Below, piece by piece: positions 58,699 through 64,000 of a stretch of DNA of 64,000 nt. Below the pieces are notes generated by a model that was given only the letters and a program-made list of their open reading frames with translations, was not told where the DNA came from and did no database searches. Source of the stretch: the human T2T-CHM13v2.0 reference genome, Homo sapiens; assembly GCF_009914755.1 (NCBI RefSeq), contig NC_060942.1. One strand, written 5' to 3'. The number at the start of each line of letters is the position of its first letter. The stretch's first letter is position 1. Position numbers and translations under genes: made by a program.

Positions 58699-59462
58699 AT
58701 TGGAAATAAATGAAAACAGAGGCACAGCATACCAAAATCTCTGGAACGCAGCAAAAGTAGTGTTAAAAGTCAAAAAGTTAGAAAGATCTGAAATTAACAA
58801 TCTAACATACCTTGCAGAACTAGAAAAACAAGAACAAGCTAAGCCTCAAACCAGCAGAAGGCAAGCAATAACTGAAATCAGAGCAGAACTGAATGAAATT
58901 GAGACCTAAAAATTCATACAAAGAATCAAGAAAACCAAATGTTTTTTTGAAAGGGTAAACAAGATGAATAGACTGCTATCTAGAAAAAAAAGAGAGAAGA
59001 TCCAAATTAGCAAAAACAGAAATGACAAAGGTGACATTACAACTGATCCCACACAAATACAAAAGACTCTTAGGGATTTTAATACATACCTCTATGCACA
59101 CAAATGAAAAATCTAGAGGAAATGGATAAATTACCAGAAACACACAACCTTCTAAGATTGATCAAGGAAGCAGTAGAAACCCTTAACAGATCAATATCAA
59201 GTTCTAAAATTAAATTAGTAATAAAAAAACCCATAAACCAAAAAATGCCCCAGACCAGATGGATTCACAGCCAAATTCTAGCAGATGTACAAAAAAGAGC
59301 TGGTACCAACTCTCCTGAAACTATTCCAAAAAATTGAGGAGGGACTGCTCCCTAACTCATTCTACAAAGCTAGCATCATCCTGATACCAAAATCTGGAAA
59401 AGACACGACAAAAATAGAAAATTACAGGCCAATGACACTTATGAACATAGACACAAAAATCA
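58699..59462 (+). mobile_element. L1 (L1PB/L1MA-age) ORF2 internal fragment
   Basis: Peptides [66 protein letters not shown] across frameshifts. Confidence 0.92.
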
Positions 59463-59830
59463 TCCAGGGATGAATATAAATGTATGTTGTATAATTGAAT
59501 ATAAATATATGAATATAAATGTATGTTGTATATATGACATATATTAATATAAATGTATGTATACATATTAATATAAATGTATATACATGTTCATCCCATC
59601 CAGGGATGAATATAAATGTGTGTTGTATATTTGAATATAAATATATGAATATAAATATATGTTGTACATATGACATATTAAAATGTATGTATACATGACA
59701 TATGTCATATATATGAAATATATATGGCATATGACAAATGTATGTATATATGACTATATGAATATAAATGTATGTTGTATATTTATATTCATCCAAGGAT
59801 GCTCTATGTTGTATATTTATAACATACAAC
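59461..59830. repeat. Complex AT-rich direct and inverted repeat
   Basis: CATCCAGGGATGAATATAAATGT... at 59461 and 59597. CATCCAAGGATG at 59790. Multiple GAATATAAAT/TATGTTGTA modules. Confidence 0.85.
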
Positions 59831-60089
59831 AGAGATTGTTCACATTTGTGTCTCCAGACAACTTCTAGAGTGAATGAATTTTGTTTTATTTATTATAATG
59901 AGTGAAAAATTGCAATTTTTTAGAAAACTTGTTCAATGAATTAAGAAGTAATTCAACTATCCAGCTCACTCAGTTGTCTAATCTAAAAGTTTCAGAGACA
60001 TTCTTCAAATAATCCCCTTGTCCTTCCAGCCACTCACCACTATCACTATCACTACCACTGTTGTCCTGGGTTTCAACCACTTGCTTTAT

Positions 60090-60262
60090 ATCATTCAAGA
60101 CTTTTAAATATGTTATAAAATAAGTATTACTAACTTACATACCAATAAAGAAACCAAAATTCATGACGATAAAGTAACCTGTGCGAATTTAACTATCTGT
60201 AAGTGAAATATAAGAATGAAACCATGCTGCATCTGTCTCAAAATGTTTTCCACCATGGCTCA
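60090..60262 (-). mobile_element. MIR fragment
   Basis: AATAAAGAAACCAAAATTCA..GATAAAGTAACCTG..AGAATGAAACCA pattern. Confidence 0.45.
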
Positions 60263-60326
60263 CAGCTGGAAGAATTTCTGTTTGAGGTATCTCAGGAAAA
60301 GCAATTGCTCATGTATAGGCTTTACA

Positions 60327-60516
60327 AAAAAAAAAAAAAAAATTAATTAGCCAGGTGTGGCAGCATGCACCTGTAGTCCTAGTTACTATAGAGGCCGATG
60401 AGAGAGAATTGCTTATGCCCAGGAGTTCAAGGCTGCAGTGAGCCGTGATTGTACCACTCCACACCAGTCTGGGTGATAAAGCGAGACTGTATCAGAAAAA
60501 TAATAATAAAATAAAA
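60327..60516 (+). mobile_element. Alu right arm (AluJo-like)
   Basis: A-run, then TTAGCCAGGTGTGG...CCCAGGAGTTCAAGGCTGCAGTGAGC, then an A-rich tail. Confidence 0.88.
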
Positions 60517-62017
60517 TATTTTAATGAATAATCTCAAGTAATGGAAGGAGCAGTAACTACATTATTTAATTAGCAAGAGGGCAACAACACAATTTCTTAA
60601 AGCTGGAACAAATTATACTATAGAAAGATATGTATTTCACAGAGTTATGGAAAACTATTTGTAGGAGAAAAAACTGGGATCAAAAAGAGATTAAATCAGT
60701 GGAATGACAAATGTGGAATGATGAAGATTCTTTTGTGAAGACCGTTTATACTTGATAGGCATCTTAGGTAGGCAACTTCACAGGTCACAGAGGGTCCAAA
60801 AACCTCAGGGAGTAATGCAAAGTCACAGAAACATACTGTCAGCTCAAATAAAACTTGATTTTCCGTGTGTGAAAGACAGGCTCTCTTTCCCTGAAGTTGA
60901 TCTACAGCACAAAAATAATTCATAAAATGGAGAGACATGAAATATCATGAATATTAGGATAAGTATTTTAAAGAATGGATTATTGAGAGTAACTTAGACT
61001 CCCTGGAGGACAGCTGAATTTAGGATGTAAATATTAGGAACCTAGAATAAGAGACTGCAACATAGTGAGTGCACTACACTCAGTTTAAATCCATGCATAG
61101 CGAATTCAAAACAAATGTCTTAGAGAACTCTTTAATGGTTATTATTCAAAACCTAGTGTGGAATTTGCAAAAATCTTATGGTTTTCCAGTGATCCAGGAA
61201 ATGTGTCACATAATTGCTACAGCAATCAAAGCATAGCAGATCTTTTTTAGAGAAATTAAACCTAAAGACGGCTATTCTATTCTTTAATATTCTACTCGGT
61301 TCTGAAGAATTTCACCAACTTGCCTGTCTCCTTTTATACAACTTCAATTCATTCTTGGAAGTTAGTTTTCTTATTTCCTACGACTATATACATTCTGAGT
61401 ATAAAGTTAGTTAAGTGAAAAATATGTCATATTAAATATGTACAAAATAATCAGATTTAGGTAAAGAAAGATATATTACAGTTTTATAAAAAAGTTTTTA
61501 ATGTGGTATGTCAGCTTAGATATTATACACAGTAATATGCTGATGAATGTCTCTCTCTTTGGTTCTTTTTGTGTTTCTTGCTGTGGGAGAGGAACATATA
61601 GTCCATTAAGGCTGTTTGCTTAATTATTGAAGCAATTATTTTCTTGATTAAAAAGAAGAATCAAAACTATTATTATTTAAAGTTTGCATGAATTGGAAGC
61701 TAAAAAAAATTGTTTTCCTTTCTAGGTTAAAGACCTAGGATGATTATTTTACTAATTGCACTTAATTAGGTCTGCTCTATGGTATTACCTAAGATCAAAT
61801 TAATACTAGAGTGATTACAACAGTATTCATATTAATATAGGTCATCACCTTCAAATATTCCAGTGTTTACCAGTAGAATTTTCCAATGCATATATGATAA
61901 TGCTAGAATAGGTGGGTTCACAAAAGTGATAATTATATCATAGCCATGTTGTGACCTTCTGAGATGATGTCACCATTTGATAGGAAAGGCAGGTTTCTCA
62001 CCAGCTAGAAAAAACCA

Positions 62018-62069
<52 letters not shown>
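62018..62069. repeat. (ATAG)13 tetranucleotide STR
   Basis: Perfect GATA-type repeat. Confidence 0.97.
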
Positions 62070-62275
62070 TTTTTTCCTTTTTTTAAATTAGTATTGATCT
62101 AGAATAATTTATTAAATAATTCTATTTCCAAAAGTGCCATCACATTTATTCTAATGATATACACATAATATTAATGGTGGAAAATGAATATCTCTGGCAT
62201 TTTAAGTAGGGAGAACCTGAAGCAGAAAATATCTAGAGACCTTACCCATAGTTGCACTGTAAATTTCAAAAGCAG

Positions 62276-63301
<1,026 letters not shown>

Positions 63302-64000
63302 TTAACAATATCATTCTGATCGACAATGTATTCAAGGTTATACTACTTTCTCATCTAAAAAAAAAAAAAATGCTTTCCCCATAAAGCACAGTAGAAATTC
63401 TCTGAACAAATTATTAAGCTTCAGCAGCCTCCACCCCTATTAGCACTGAATATACTCATCACACCTACAATGTCCTCATACTACATATGGCCCCTGCTTT
63501 GGCCACCTGTCAGTAACAGCCACAGACTCTGAGTCATTTCAGTCTCTTTTAAATAAAATGTGCTGATAACAGCAACCATTGGATTGATTGGCAGGCTCTT
63601 TCAGGAGAGCTTACCTATCTCAAGCTCAAGGCCCACTTTCATCCTTGGTCACTTCCCTACCCTTGGGGCTTCCGCTTTTCTTCTGGGAAGTTCCTGGGTG
63701 GGGCCTATGGGTACATTTGTGATTTACTTATCATTTATTTCTTTCCTTGTCAGTTTTCTAACCTTTCAAAAATAACTGAGGAACATAAAGCAAATTTCCT
63801 CATGGAGTGTGTTGCCAATTAGAAAAGATTCTATGTCCTTTATAATTTTAGTGATTTATTATTTGGTACTTCCTGGAAAATAACTAGACATAACACAATT
63901 TATTTTAAAAAATAACTTCACTCTCAATAAGTCACACAAATCTCATAGTTGTTTTCAGTAGATTATTCTTGCTCCTTTCCAAAATCAATATTTCTTTCAT

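Overview
This is AT-rich primate DNA, probably human or ape, and it looks intergenic or intronic. I found no intact host protein-coding gene, RNA gene or prokaryotic-type system. The window is a mosaic of interspersed repeats: Alu and Alu monomers, L1PA/L1M, L2, MIR, MaLR LTRs (THE1/MST/MLT1), MLT2, MER41, MER50, a decayed LTR16/ERVL provirus, and hAT/Tigger fossils. It also holds one processed AKR1B10-like pseudogene. The most informative structures are: (1) a young L1PA insertion with both a 5' inversion and a ~500-bp 3' transduction inside one 16-bp TSD (27053-29665); (2) a second twin-primed L1; (3) a sense-oriented THE1/MST LTR 40 bp upstream of the AKR1B10 retrocopy ATG; (4) a MER41 LTR with STAT/GAS motifs, interrupted by THE1; (5) a Charlie-type hAT transposase relic; (6) two templated, palindromic insertions that resemble repair scars. 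These are new instances of known mechanisms rather than a new biological system. Subfamily names come from recalled consensus sequences and need RepeatMasker/Dfam confirmation.
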